Shown here piece after piece: positions 43,257 through 57,482 of a stretch of 64,000 bases of DNA. Position numbers and translations under genes: made by a program. Every line of letters starts with the position of its first letter. The first letter of the stretch is position 1. This DNA is from the human T2T-CHM13v2.0 reference genome, Homo sapiens. The stretch lies in NCBI RefSeq assembly GCF_009914755.1, contig NC_060928.1; one strand, given 5' to 3'. The notes under the pieces were generated by a model that saw nothing but the letters and a program-made list of their open reading frames with translations, was not told the DNA's origin and made no database searches.

Positions 43257-44637
43257 ACATTTTGGAAGACAGTTTTAGGATCATTGTGGGGGCCTTTTGG
43301 ATGGACTCTCTGGGTGCTGTCTGAAGTACTTTCTTCTTGGGAAATTCCTGTAATTTAGTAAGGTCTTCTCAGGCAAGAAGAAACAAGAAACCCAAGGCTT
43401 AAGGCTGACTCAAAAGGAAAACTCTAATTGCAACAAGGAGACCTAATAGGTAAATCTCCTTCTAGGCTGGCCTATTTCTCCAGGGTCAAAAAAGATTCAG
43501 TTATCTAGGGTAGAGTCTGTCCAAGGGGTAAAGAAACTCACACACATTATTTCTATGTTGTTCTAACCCCAGCACCATCACTTCCACTCGCAGCAACTAT
43601 CAATCAATGAGAAACTTCTAGACACCTTGCATGTGTTAACTTATTTCATCTTTTCAGTGGCACTCAAGAAAACCTCAGATGTAATAATATTTCAGTATAT
43701 AGAGGAGAAATGAAAGTCTTCAGAAGTTAAGACATTTGCTGGGGACACACAGCAAAAGTGAAATCAAGTTCTGTGTGATTGCAAAGTGCGGTCTTCCTAT
43801 CACCAGACGCCACAAGGCCAACATAGATGCATGAGTGCCAACGATCGAAAAATGGACGGCCCGCGTCATTACATCCAGGGTAGGGTCTTACCAACAGTCA
43901 CATCCTGAGAGAGTCAGGGCTGAAATGTTACTTTTCCTTCTTTATCCTCTAGATGAAGGAAGTGGGGTAGAAAGGAGGGGGGTGGGCTTAGGGAGCAGCT
44001 TGATTGCCGAGGGTAAAGGTGGCCTGCAGTCCTGGAAACTGAGTCCTGGGACTTTCCTTTTCAGGCTCTGCTGGAGTTTGGCTACCAGCTCTACTTGTCT
44101 GGGGGATGTGTCAATGAGCCATTTGCATGATGCTTTACAGAGTTAAACCCATTATTTGGCCCTTCATGCTGGTTTTAAAAAAGCCCTGGCAGATGCAATA
44201 GGAATACATAAAGTGTCCACCTGCTGGGTGCCTTCTTAAAAATGAGAAGTTAAAGTCTGAGAAATTTCGCAGTCAAAATGTAGGGAGTTTGGCTGAGGAA
44301 TGCCAAGTATTAAAGGAAAGTGGCCCATGGTATGTCTGAGTTTCTCTGAGAGTGGGGCTGGCTGGAGTTCCTACCCACCAGCAATAGACAGAGGGCACCA
44401 GTTAAAATGTAGGGCTGGCCCCAGGCAGAGGAACACACTCCTCCCCGAGTGACTATTCCCTTGACTGAGCACAGCTTATTTCTGGGAGGTCAAGAGGCCA
44501 GCCTCCTGAGGACAATGCTGAGACGGAAAATCATATGAGGCAGCAGATGCTAAGAAGGGAGAGCTGAACCATCAGAGTAAAATCAAACTTGGTCAGGAAG
44601 TAGGGGAAGCACCCATCAGGGATGTGGGAACCCTGGG

Positions 44638-44864
44638 CAGTTGTTCTTACCCTGGGTGATTTTACGCCTCCTAAGCGACTTTTGGAAACTATTGGAGACA
44701 CTGTTGATGGTTAAGACACAGGGAGGAGGATGGGTGTGCAACTTGCATCTCTCCAGTAGATAAAAGCTAGGAATGCTGCTCACCCTTCACAGTGCACAGG
44801 ACAACGCCACATCAAAGAATAACCCAGTCCCAAATGTCAGTGGTGCTGATGTTAAGAAATCCTG
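44638..44864. mobile_element. MER20 hAT MITE
   Basis: cagttgttcttaccctgggtgatttt...ggaatgctgct...cagtgcacaggaca...cccaaatgtcagtggtgctgatgttaagaaatcctg. Confidence 0.85.
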
Positions 44865-46283
44865 CATTAAGACCAAAAAGCCAGATGAGTTTGGAGTCAC
44901 TAAGGAGAGGTGCAGGAGAGGCGGTAAGTGTCCTCCACAGATGGAATGCACAGAGGACAGCGCATCCTGAAGCACAGCGACACCGTGCCCTCCGGGCTGG
45001 GATTGCTGCTGCTGGCTGGCTGTACTGGGCTCCCTCCCACTTCTAGGCTCCTGGCTGCATACTGTGCCTGCTTATTTGTGTGTCTAACAGACTTTGATGT
45101 TACAGAAGCTGACCTGAGAGCAACACAGAATGGAGACATGTGGAGGGGTAACACTTCCTTAGTCTGAGCATCTATCCTAGAGACTCGTGTTTAGATCTCA
45201 GCTCTAGAACTTACTGGGTGTGACTTGCAGCAAGTTAAAAAATCTCTCTTTTTCTAACCTGTATCCTGAGGATCATGATACCTATATTTTGAGGTTGTTT
45301 TGAGGATTCAATAAGATAATACATGAGTAGAATCTAGAAACCTGGTAATTGTCTTAAAAGTAATATGAGTTTGCCAGCCCAGTAGTCCTGGGTATTAGAG
45401 CTGAAGGGCAGCCCAGAAGTTCTCAGTCCTGGCTTCATAGCAGGGCAGCTTTTACAGAATTCCTCCAAGGATTCTGGTGTAATTTTCTAGGACTCTGTAG
45501 GTTGTGAGAACTCCCCAGAGGATTCTAGTGGGTAGCCTTGCTTGAGAACATGGATCTAGTACTGCCCCTCATCTTGCAGGTCAGGGAATTGAGACTGAAA
45601 AGTAAATTCCACAAAGATATATAGCTATTGTTTGAGGAGCTAGAATTAAAATCAGGTCTCCTCACCATGCCCTGGAGTCTTTCCTTCTATCTGTCAGTAT
45701 CTTCTTTGTTTGAGTGAGTAAAGATGAAATAGTAGGTAAGCAGGTCAAGACACCAGACCTAAGTTTTACCTGAGTTTGTCCAGTGGCAAGCATGTCTTCC
45801 TTCTAATTAATCTGCACCTAATAATGCCTTCTCTTCCCTTGGCTTTATAACCAGTATAGCATGGGGTCCTGGAAATAAATGGTAGAAGGGAAAGAAAACC
45901 TAATAGACATCCAGCAGCTTCTATAAGCCAAAATTGTTCTAGGTGCTTTATTATGTTTGCTTAGTTTATTTTCACAATAACCCTAGGAAGCTGGTATTTT
46001 TAGGTCTGTTTCAAAATGATGAAAGGGGCTCAGATGGATTTGGTCAGGTGCTCAGGGTCTCACAGTTGATAAGTGACTTGTGCTTAGTGCATAACTTTCC
46101 AAAGCCAATATTCTGTCAGAGTCCACCAGAATGTAAGTGCCACAAAGGCAGGGATTTTAAACATCTGTTTGTTTTTTGTTTTTGTTTTTTTCCCTGCTAT
46201 TGCTTATAATACTGATAGCACATAGTAGGCACTCAATAAAATTTTGTTGAATTGATGAGTGACTGACACAAAACTATACTGGC

Positions 46284-46695
46284 TGTACTAGTCTGTTCTT
46301 GCATTGCTGTAAAGAAATACCTGAGACTAGGTAATTTATAAGAAAGGAAGTTGAGTTGGCTCATGGTTCTGCAGGCTGTACAGAAGGTATAGCGGCTTCT
46401 GCGTCTGGGAGGCCTCAGGAAGTTTCCAGTCATAAAGGAAGGCAAGGAGGGAGCAGGCACGTGACTGAAAGCAGGAGCAAGAGAGAGAGTGGGGAGATGC
46501 TAAACACTTTTAAATGATTAGATCTCATGAGAACTCACTATCATGAGGACAGTACCAAGGGAGATGGCGCTAAAGCATTCATGAGAAACCGCCTCCCCTC
46601 ATGACCCAAACACTTCCCAATGGGCCCCACTTCCAACATTTGGGATTCCATTTCAATATGTGATTTGGGCAGGGACACACATCCAAACTATATCA
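46284..46695 (-). mobile_element. MSTA-type MaLR solo LTR
   Basis: tgtactagtctgttcttgcattgctgtaaagaaatacctgagact...gggacacacatccaaactatatca. Confidence 0.92.
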
Positions 46696-46963
46696 CAGGT
46701 CTTAAGACCTGGAGACTAGAGATTTTTGAGTCCCCCAAAAATACAACATAGAAGGAAAATTTTCCAATTTAATATTTTGTAATCCACTAGCTTTCAAAAC
46801 ATCTGCAAGGGAGCACAGTATATTTAAAACGCCTCCTCCAAGCTGTCCGATGCCAGGTGTTGTATATAAAGTGAAAGCAATATTCTAAGAATATGAGAAG
46901 TGTGTGTACGTGTGTGTGTGTGCTGTTACATTGTTAAGGGTATTTTTTTAAAGTTGTAGTTAA

Positions 46964-47309
<346 letters not shown>

Positions 47310-47314
47310 TAGAG

Positions 47315-47653
47315 CAGTTGTCCCCAACCCCCAGTCCACAGACTAGTACTGGTCAATGGCCTGTTAGGAACCAGGGCCACACACCAGAAGGTGAGCGGGG
47401 TGGGGGTGAGTGAGCATTACTGCCTGTGCTCTGCCACCCGTCAGATCAGTGGTGGCATTAGATTCTCATAGGAGCATGAATACTACTGTGAACTGAGCAT
47501 GTGAGGGATCTTGGTTGTGAGTTCCTTATGAGAATCTAATGCCTAATGTTCTGAGTGGAACAGTTTCATCCTGAACTGCCCCCCTCCACAGTCCACGGAA
47601 AAATCATCTTCCACGAAACTGGTTCCTGGTGCCAAAAAGCTTGGGGGCCACAG
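47315..47653. mobile_element. MER1B hAT-Charlie element with 8-bp TSD
   Basis: cagttgtccccaaccccc...ggcattagattctcataggagc...gtgccaaaaagcttgggggccacag; perfect TSD TTATAGAG at 47307-47314 and 47654-47661. Confidence 0.92.
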
Positions 47654-48239
47654 TTATAGAGTATTCCAGCACACGGAGCGCAACCACGAGATGTGCCTAG
47701 TGAGAGAAGCTGACTGGGCATTTGGAAAGTTGGGACAGGCAGATTGCTTCTCATCTCACTGGGACAGAGCTAATCTGCAGGCTAACTAATATCCTTACAT
47801 CCACCACTTTCCAAATCACAGCAACTTGCCCAGAAACGTACCTTTCTCATTCCTGCCTCTTCAGGATATGGCTCACGTAGGCACCCCAGAAATGCCTGCT
47901 GAGTGAAATGATGATGTGTCCCTATAGAAATGATATTTTTCTCTGCAAGTGCACATGCCCCAGGTATTGCAAATCTATGATCTTCCCCCAAGAATAACCT
48001 CTGGTTCATTTTGGGTTGAGTCAGGATGTAACTAATTTTCACTACTTTTGCAGTTTATCACATCCTTGCTTCATCCTTGCTCCGAACAGTCAGCTAAGAT
48101 ATTATCTCCATGTTGCAAGTAAAGCAAAGTAGGCTCAGAGAGCCTGAAGAATCTTCCCAAGGCCACTCAGCCAGGAAGTGGGAGCAGAAGGATGTTAGCC
48201 CTGCTCTACTGAACTTCAAGATGCGACCAGTTCTGAACA

Positions 48240-49030
<791 letters not shown>

Positions 49031-49133
49031 CCTCCTGCACTCCCAACTTTCCATAGTTTTTCTCTGCAACCCTGATGTGAGGGACAACAAGAAGGACTGA
49101 TGGGGAACAGCTTACTGTTCAAAGACCAAAGGG

Positions 49134-49570
49134 TGTGGTTTGGATATCTGACCGCTCCAAATCTCAGGTTGAAATTGAATCCCCAGAGCTAAAGGTGGAG
49201 ATTAACAGGAAGTGTTTGGGTCACGAGGGACAGATTCCTCATGAACATCTTGGTGCCATCTTAATGATAATGAGTGAGTTCTTATTCTATTAGTTCCTGT
49301 GAGAACTGGTTGCTTAGAAGAGCCTGGCACCTCCCTCCCCTTTCTCTGTCTCTGTCTTCCTCTCTGGCCATGTGCTCTCTGCACACACCAGCTCCCCTTC
49401 ACCTGCCACCACGAGTGGAAGCAGCCTGAGGCCCTAGCTGGAAGCGGATGCTGGCACCATACTTTTTGTATATCTTGCAAAACAGTGAGCCAAATAAACC
49501 TCCTTTCCTTATAAATTATCCAGCCTCAGGTATTCCCTTATGTGAATAACAGCACAAATGACCTGAGATG
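49134..49570 (+). mobile_element. MSTB-type MaLR solo LTR
   Basis: tgtggtttggatat...ccaaatctcaggttgaaattgaatcccc...gagccaaataaacctcctttccttataaattatccagcctcaggtattcc. Confidence 0.88.
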
Positions 49571-50198
49571 AGGCCAGACCGAGTGGCTGCAGGTTGTGAC
49601 CAGGGCGTGGGTGTGGGGTGAAAATGACTTTCCAAATAAAAAGAAGTTTGAGCCCAGTGGACAGCATATCTAGCTTCCTTTCTTTGCTCTATCAGTAGCA
49701 GGGTATAGCCCAAGAGACCTGCCCACCATCGTTGCCTGAGAATCAGTCCCAGCACATAAATACTGAGATACTTTCTGCTGTGTCATATGCTGTAAAAAAA
49801 AAAAAAAAGTGAAGTGGGTTTCCTGTCAAGTTACCTGTCATCACAGGGTGTCCCTCTCTTCTGCTCCCTCCCCGCTCCTCCTTTTTCTTTCTTTTATATT
49901 TGAGGCCAGTCTAAAGTGTATGAACTTTACTGTTTTAGAATTAGGACAGTTTCACGGGACTGGGATGAGGGGAACTTGGCTCTGTCGATAACTCTGATAC
50001 CTGGATTTTCTCCAAGAAATGAATTTCTTCGTCACCCATCTGCTGCCCCCAGACAGCATGACATTACATAACCTTACATAGATATTTATCACCTAAAACC
50101 TGCAGATGAGGGGGCCAGGACTGCCTAGGATTCCTGTGTCCCAGAAGACCACATCATTATTCAGGGCAACATTTGGAGCCCTTCTTGATCTTGGTTTT

Positions 50199-50659
50199 TA
50201 TTTTTTATTATTTCCTCAGCTCTATGAAGATATAATTGACAAATAAAAGTATAGATATTTAAGACGTACAGTGTAATGTACAAAGATATATGTATACATT
50301 GTGAAATGTATACCACAGTCAAGCTAATTAACATATCTATTGCCTCACATCGTTTCCTCCTGGGACAACATGCACGAAGCCACATGACATTATGCTAAGT
50401 GAAATAAACCAGAAACAGAAAGACAAATGTAAACTCTCTTCTATGGGGAATCTAAAAACATTGAACTCCTAAAAGCAAAGAGTAGAATGGTATTTGCCAG
50501 GGTGTGTGAGAAGGGGGAACAGAGAGATGATCAAAGGGTACAAAGTTTCAGTTATCAGATGAGCAAGTTCTGGAGATCTAATGGATAGCATGGTGGTTAC
50601 AGTTAATAATACTGTATCATGTAGCTGACATTTGTTAAGAGAGCAGACCTAGGTGTTCA

Positions 50660-50699
<40 letters not shown>

Positions 50700-50701
50700 T
50701 T
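50199..50701 (-). mobile_element. L1MA-type LINE-1 3' end with 5' inversion
   Basis: Terminal 3'UTR on minus (about 50199-50357) joined to the adjacent upstream 3'UTR segment on plus (about 50361-50696, ending in expanded (CA)n); TSD atcttggtttt at 50188-50198 and 50702-50712. Confidence 0.8.
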
Positions 50702-50704
50702 ATC

Positions 50705-50872
50705 TTGGTTTTAACCTTGGCTGCATATTAGTGTTCCTGGAGGAGTTTTTACAAAGTCCTGAAGCTCATCTCCATCTCCAGAAATTTTGATTTAATATTG
50801 GTGGGTGCTGGCACAGTAGTTCCTGTAAGCCCCTCAGGGGTTCTTTATGCGCTGGTGTTTGACAACCACACC
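50705..50872. mobile_element. MER5-type MITE
   Basis: ggttttaaccttggctgcatattag...ccagaaattttgatttaatattgg...gtttgacaaccac. Confidence 0.65.
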
Positions 50873-53109
50873 TTGCAGCTTCATCCCTGGTTGCTGCCCT
50901 CCTGCAGACACCGTGCCTTTTCCTGTCTACATAGCCTTCATCCCTGACTACCTGGTGCACTCTTCCTTCTTTGTCTACCTGGTGAGTACTGGTTCACTTT
51001 TTATGACCTGACTCAAGTGTTGCCTTTTTAAATCTTTCTAGGCTGTCTGATGCCAGGCAGAGGTGGTTGCTGCCTCATCCGTGTTCCTGTAACACTTTCC
51101 AGACATTTGAAAATTCTACAGAATTACAGTCTTTTGTTTATCAATCTGTTCACTTGAGAGTTGGGACTTTATCATAGTAATCTTTGTCTCCCTTTCACCT
51201 GTAGAGTCTGTGTCTGGTGTGGGATAAGCACTCAGTGAATTTTTAGTTTGATTAAATAGAGGTGCTCAGAATAGCTATCATGTCATTGAGGCTGAAATAG
51301 CTATTTCTTACAAGGCTGGTCTCTCTGCTTTGCTGTTACAGTTACTGCTTGGCAAATCAGTGTACCTCATTTGTGCAAATGCCGTATCCCCACTTGAGTG
51401 TTGAAGTATTTTGTTAATTGCATGATTGCCTGTGGCCACAGTGTGTTGTTTTGTGGTATACTAAGCCAGAATTTAAAACCAGGACTGCAAGGCCTATCGT
51501 CATTGGTCTGCAACAAGTCTGAGTATACACAAATGCTAAAATGAGTCCAGGAACTCCATAGGTGTATACAAAAACCCAGAAGAGAGATTCTGTCTTGCAG
51601 TCTTCCCTAAGGTGCTATGATTTTAAATTAAGGACAAAATCCATTATCTAATTGTAATGTCTCTTTTTTGTTCCTGTTGATAGAAAGTTTCAACTACAGT
51701 GCTGTTCTGTGAAGGGGAATGGGTGCTGGAGAGCTAAGCAGGAAGCAGGAGGCAGGAGGGACTGTCTGCAGCAATCAGCAGGTGTGCACTGATGGCTGGG
51801 CTCCTACTGAGGGCAGTGGAAGAGGTGGTTGCTTTTGGTGGGGCCCATTCCGATTGCTCATTGCCTGGAAATTTTCAATTGTAAATATTTTCAGTGTTGT
51901 TCCTGTCAATAGGTTCTTGGAAGAACTGTTTGAGACATGAGAAAACTAGAAGCAACATGTTAATCAACCAAGCTAGTTTTTAGTCTCCTTCCCTCTGATC
52001 AATCTGAGCAGTTTGGTGACAGATGTGGGTCAGGTGGAATGCAAGGCACACAGGAAACAGTCCCTGGGTAGCCCATGACTTCCTGGAGGACAGAAGGAAT
52101 GGAGGTTGGGCCAATGCTGGGCATCTCTGAGAGATGACTGTGGACCAGAATCGGAAAGGGTTCACCAGTTAACATTCCCTTTGCCTACTACAACACAGTC
52201 ACGCCAGATAAAAGCTTTTTCTCTCTTAGGTAACTGAGTATGTAGGTAGCCAAGTATACCATGTCAGGCTGATATGGAAGTTCTTATTGCTCTGCCAATG
52301 TCAACATGCATTTTTCACCTTGTGGTCTAATACAGTGGTTTAATATAGATAGTGGTCTAACATAGATAATGGGAGCTCCCACTATCGAGTCCACATCCCA
52401 GCCAATAGGAAGTCAAGAAGAGAAAGGGAACCTAGGCTTATTGTATGCCAAGGGCCTGACTCAGAAGTTACAACTCAGCACTTCTACTCCATACGATTGA
52501 CCAGAATATAGACACGTGTCTACACCTAGCTTCAAGAGAAATTAGGAAACCAACTCTTTGGCTGAATGGCCCTATGCTTAGCAAAAATATTTATCATCTG
52601 GGAGAAGAGATATTGGGGAAGTAACCAGCTATCTTTGTCTCATAGATATTTTCCTAGCTACTGCCCAAACTCAGAAAAATAGTGAAATTCCAGAAGTACT
52701 TGAGAGTAAAGACAGAAAAAGACACATCTCCATATCTTAGATGCCATCTCAGAACAAGGAGGCAATAGTTGATGTTAAACATATTAGCATTCTGAGGTTG
52801 CCTAGAAAATCTCAGCATCCATAAACAACGGTCCCTGTGTGATGCATGTATCATACAATATTTAATGTTTATTTAACTTCTTAATATAATTTTGTGGTGA
52901 GAATGTTTGCCCAATATTCCCCAGAGTACTAGGAAGGTAGTGTGTATGTGGGAGAGGTGCAGGCAGGAGGAGGATTGTATATTTCCATAAAATTAATTAC
53001 CTGGAAGAAGACATAAAAATTGCACGAATGGAGATGCTTTATGTATAATTAACAGTTCCTATTTTTAAAAAGCCTTCATGATTTTATGTTTGTGTATAAA
53101 TTATTTTGT

Positions 53110-53118
53110 GTATATCTA

Positions 53119-53166
<48 letters not shown>
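53110..53166. repeat. (TA)n microsatellite
   Basis: About 20 uninterrupted TA units at 53127-53165. Confidence 0.95.
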
Positions 53167-53167
<1 letters not shown>

Positions 53168-53292
53168 ACTCACCTGTACTTAACATGATCCTTGATGTAG
53201 TCATGTGATGTAGTTGGGGAAAGCGTCATTTCCATTTTATAAAAATTTGGTGATTAGATCTTGAACTTAAAGCTTGATGTTTCTTTTGAATA

Positions 53293-53445
53293 TGGTTATC
53301 CCCTAACCATATGCAGGGGATTGGTTCCAGACCCCCTAAGCATACCTAAATCCACAGATGCTGTGTTCCTTTTATAAAATGACATTTGCATGTAACCTAT
53401 CCACATCCTCCTGCATCCCATAAATCATGCCTAGATTACTTAATT
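53293..53445. mobile_element. MER2-type Tigger MITE fragment
   Basis: ggggattggttccagaccccc...aaatccacagatgct...tttgcatgtaacctatccacatcctcc...ctagattactta. Confidence 0.75.
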
Positions 53446-53649
53446 TTTCACCAACCCAAAGCTTTTGTAAAAGTAAAAATAAAAAGTAGGTTATTAAAAT
53501 ACCTCATGTGTTGTAAAAGCTAAAAAAAAAAAAGCTTGAGACTGTAGTAATAATAAATGAAACTGCTTGGTGGTGGGAGATGTCTTCGAAGCATAGGAAG
53601 GTAATTTTTATGTGGAAGGAATGTAAATGTGTGCAGCTAGAGGATGGAC

Positions 53650-54159
53650 TGTAGTGGTTTTAAAACAGGTCTGCAAATTCATTGGCATTTCTCTCATCAA
53701 GTGATGGAGTCCAATTCTCCTCCCCTTGAATATGGGCTGACCTTAGTGACTCCATAATACATAGAATGTTGTGGCAGTGACCCATCAAGATTTTCAACAT
53801 TAGGTCGTAAAAGGCTATGTAGTCTCTGCCTGACTCTCTTGCAATGCTCACTCTTAGAAACCAACTGCCATGCTGTGAGGAAGCCCAAGACGCGTGGAAA
53901 GGATCCAGTATGTGTTCTGGCTACAGTTGCTAGCGTGGTCTTAGCCAATAGCCTGCATGAACCAAGAGACATGTGAACCAGCCTTCTTAATGAATCCAGG
54001 CACAGACACTGCTGGGCTTCAACTGCCTGAGACACCCTGAGTGAGAACCACATAGCTGAGCCCAGTAAACCCTCTAACAAGGAGATGATAATAAATGATT
54101 ATTATTCTATGCCTGGGAGATTGGGGTGGTTTGTTTCACAGCAATAAAAAATAGAAACA
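53650..54159 (+). mobile_element. MLT1E-H-type MaLR solo LTR
   Basis: tgtagtggttttaaaac...ggagtccaattctcctccccttgaatatgggctgacc...gagaccacatagctgagccc-like block...gcaataaaaaatagaaaca. Confidence 0.85.
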
Positions 54160-55966
54160 TATTTGGAAGCTCAGAAATAGTGGAAGATGTGGAATGCTAG
54201 GCATAACATTCATTGGCTGTCAAGGTTACACAATTGGCCAAGTGACAGAAGGAGGGTTTGAACCTCCATTTTATGATATTTATTTCAGATTTTTTTTCCC
54301 ACTTCTCAAAAGTTTCCTTCTTTGAATAGCCATTTAAAACTAGAACTCATTTGAGCTTCATTTACAGTACTTTTGGGATAAATCAAAGGTGTGGTGGATA
54401 TTGCAAGCAGCAATGGCAAGCATTCTAGAGATTTTGTTTTGCTCACACATGTACACCAGGCACCAGAGTGTGCATGCATACACCTTTGTCCTTGCCATAC
54501 CTAAGTTACTTTCCTGCCCTTGCTTCAAATCTTTGCTTTCACAAGTCACAAGATATTGGCCTGAAACTTTCTCTCCTTTCCAGGAGGAAGGCTCTTCCTC
54601 AACTAGAATTGCATATAATTAGACATGCATATTAAGTACCATGACCTCAGGCCAAATGCTCTCATCTTTTCAACCATTTCACATATGTCATAGTTTTCAG
54701 ATTGTTTTTACTTTTTTTCTTTGATTTTTTTAATTGTAAAATATATGTAATATTTACCATTTTAATCATTTTTAAATGTACAATTCAGTAGCATTAAGGA
54801 TATTCACAATGTTGTGCAACTATTACCACTATCCATTTTCTCTCTCTCTCTTTTTTTTCTGAGATAGAGTCTCTCTCTCTGTCACCCAGGCTGTGGTCAT
54901 AGTTCCCTGTTTGCTGAGTCCTCTTAAAATCTGTGTACACTTCTCCAAGGATTTGATATATAATATGTGCTTAATTATATGTTCAATCAAATTGAAGTCT
55001 GACCAGCACCAGGAAAGCAGGACCAACACTTTCCTCACTTCAGATACTTTTATTAATGCTTTTCCAAATTTCATAAATAATTTAAAGCTGACATCTTAGT
55101 GCTGACATGTTGACTATATATTTGTAGGTAAAGCCATAGTCAATAGCCTAATTAATTACTTCACATGCTCTGATGTCTCATCACATAGTAGATGAATTTT
55201 TAATCATTTTTGTTGTTTATTCATCAAGCGCTTACTTTGTGCTAGGGACTATGCCAACATCTTCACATGTCTGATCTTATGCTATCTTCTCAGAAGAGTA
55301 GACAAGAATTGTTTTTATTTTCTCAGCATCCCTTTCCCCCCCTTTTTTTTTTGGTAAAAGCATCACAATTTTCCTCTGGTTAAGTACCCTTTCCTCATTG
55401 TTTCTGGATGTGTTCATGGTGGGAGTGTTCATCCAGTTTCTCTGCAAGAACTCCGCCTGGCCCTTCCAACACTAGCCAAGGAAGTAGGCACTGATCCAGG
55501 TTAGTTTGTTCAGACTCTTTCATGAGAACGGAAACTTGAGCAGAGCCTTACAGTGATGGCAGGCACTGGAATTTGAGCATACAGCAGTTATGTCCTGAAA
55601 ATGTGCTCATTAGTTTTTGCAACCACATCCATCACCACTGGATGTGGTACATTTTTAGTACCTAGAGCAATTCCAGGTAATGCAGGCACTCAAAAATACT
55701 TGTGGAATGGACAAGCAAATGAATGAACCAATGCTCAGAGTATCTCTGGTTCATGTATTGTCCAAAGCCTGGTTATCCAAATCTTTCTTTAATTTGCTGA
55801 ACTCCAGGAATGTTTCCGTTAAGTTAGGCAGAGTCTATTTCACCTGTTTTATAGCCAGGATACTCTAAACTGATAAAAATGGATGCCATTGACTCCTCTT
55901 ATTGATAGAGCTTTTTTTTTTTTTTTTTTTTTTGGAGTAGAAAAGGAGGTATAGGTATTGCCTATA

Positions 55967-56409
55967 CAATTGACCCTTGAGCAACACAGATTTGAGCTGT
56001 GTGGGTCCAGGTATAGGCAGATTTTCTTCTGCCTCTGCCACCCCGAGACAGCAAAGACCAACCCCTCCTCTTCCTCCTTTTCAGCCTACTCAACATGGAG
56101 ACGATGAGGATGAAGACCTTTATGATGATCCACTTCCACTTAGTAAATAGTAAACATTTTTTCTTTATGATTTTCTTAATAATATTTTCTTTTCTCTAGT
56201 TTACTTTATTATAAGGATACAGTATATTAATACATATAACATACAAAATATGTGTTAATGGACTGTTTATGTTATTGACAAGGCTTCTGGTTAATAGAAG
56301 GCTATTAGTATTTAAGTCTTTGGGGAGACAAAATTTGCATGTGGATGCTGGACTGTGCAGGGTTTTGGAGTCAGTGCCCCTAACCTCCATGTTGTTCAAG
56401 GACCAACTA
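55967..56409. mobile_element. Tigger2a/MER28-type Tc1-mariner element
   Basis: Terminal inverted repeats caattgacccttgagcaac and gttgttcaaggaccaacta, TA flanks, internal cagcctactcaacatggagacgatgaggatgaagacc. Confidence 0.88.
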
Positions 56410-57432
56410 TATCTACTATTTGTTGGAGCCCCTGTCCCACTTGTCCTTGTCATGCATTACCTCATTTGTCCTTCTCTGTTGAATGTTCCATAATTGCACC
56501 CTATCAAGCATGGATGTTACATACTAAGTTATCTTTTGGGAATCAGTGTCAACATAAAAAAAGAAAGAAATGTCAATGTCAAGAAAAAAAAAAAAGGAAA
56601 AATCAGCTTGTCCCCAGTATATGTTAGCTTGGAAGCACAAAACTCCATTTGATATTTTCAGTGGGATGTCATGGTGGCGGCGGTCTGCCAATATTGGCAT
56701 TTGAGCTTCCTATTTCTACCCTAGAAGTGGAGATGGAAATCAAACCAAACCAGCAGGCTAGTGTAGCATAGGACAGTGTCATTCACCATTTAGTAAACAA
56801 TCAAGTACTTATTGTAAATATGGAACTTGCACTGGGGATTGGTCTGGAGCAGATGGGGACAAGCGGAAGCAACAGAGTGATTGTAATGATTACAGGGAGG
56901 GTTACAGAGGCAAGGGCCTGGGCATTTCTTGAGGAAGGAATCATTGGAAGTCATCTGTTCACTTGGTCTTTAGGAGATCTGAGCTCAAAAGGTGGTTAGA
57001 ATTTCTAGTAATGAATAGCCCATTGCCAAACACCTCTTTAGGCACACTGGACACCTCAATATCTCCAAAGATATTTTTTCATAATTTATTCATTTTATTC
57101 ATGCTGTGACCTCCTCCTGAAATGGCTTACTTCATAATCTGTTTCTCTGAGTCTTTCAGGGCCCAACAAAAAAATTAAAAAAACTTATATCAGGGGTTTC
57201 ATCTTCTCTGATTTCTAAGAAAGCAAATTGCATAGTGCAGGGCAGGAGACAAAGGCGCTGGCTTCAGACAGATAACGTTGTGAGCCCAGGCTCAGATGTT
57301 TTATATGCTGACATGATAGTTAACTTTCCTTAGTCTCAATTATCTCTTCTGTAATATGGGGATGACGGTGATAATAATATCTTTTAGGGTGATGGCCAGG
57401 ATTAGAGAGGTACTTCTAGTAGCTGCCATATA

Positions 57433-57482
57433 ATGGGACATTGATAATTGATAGGTATTTATGGGACATTGATAATTGATAG
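57433..57482. repeat. Short tandem duplication (22-bp identical unit, 28-bp period) at a MIR 3' end
   Basis: atgggacattgataattgatag at 57433-57454 and 57461-57482. Confidence 0.9.

Noticed and set aside
42764-43358. Overlapping Tyr/Cys/His/Ile-rich ORFs on both strands
   Set aside because: They are translations of a microsatellite that lacks stop codons.
53290-53312. 9-bp stem-loop atatggtta-tcccc-taaccatat
   Set aside because: Short enough to arise by chance, and it lies at a MITE end.
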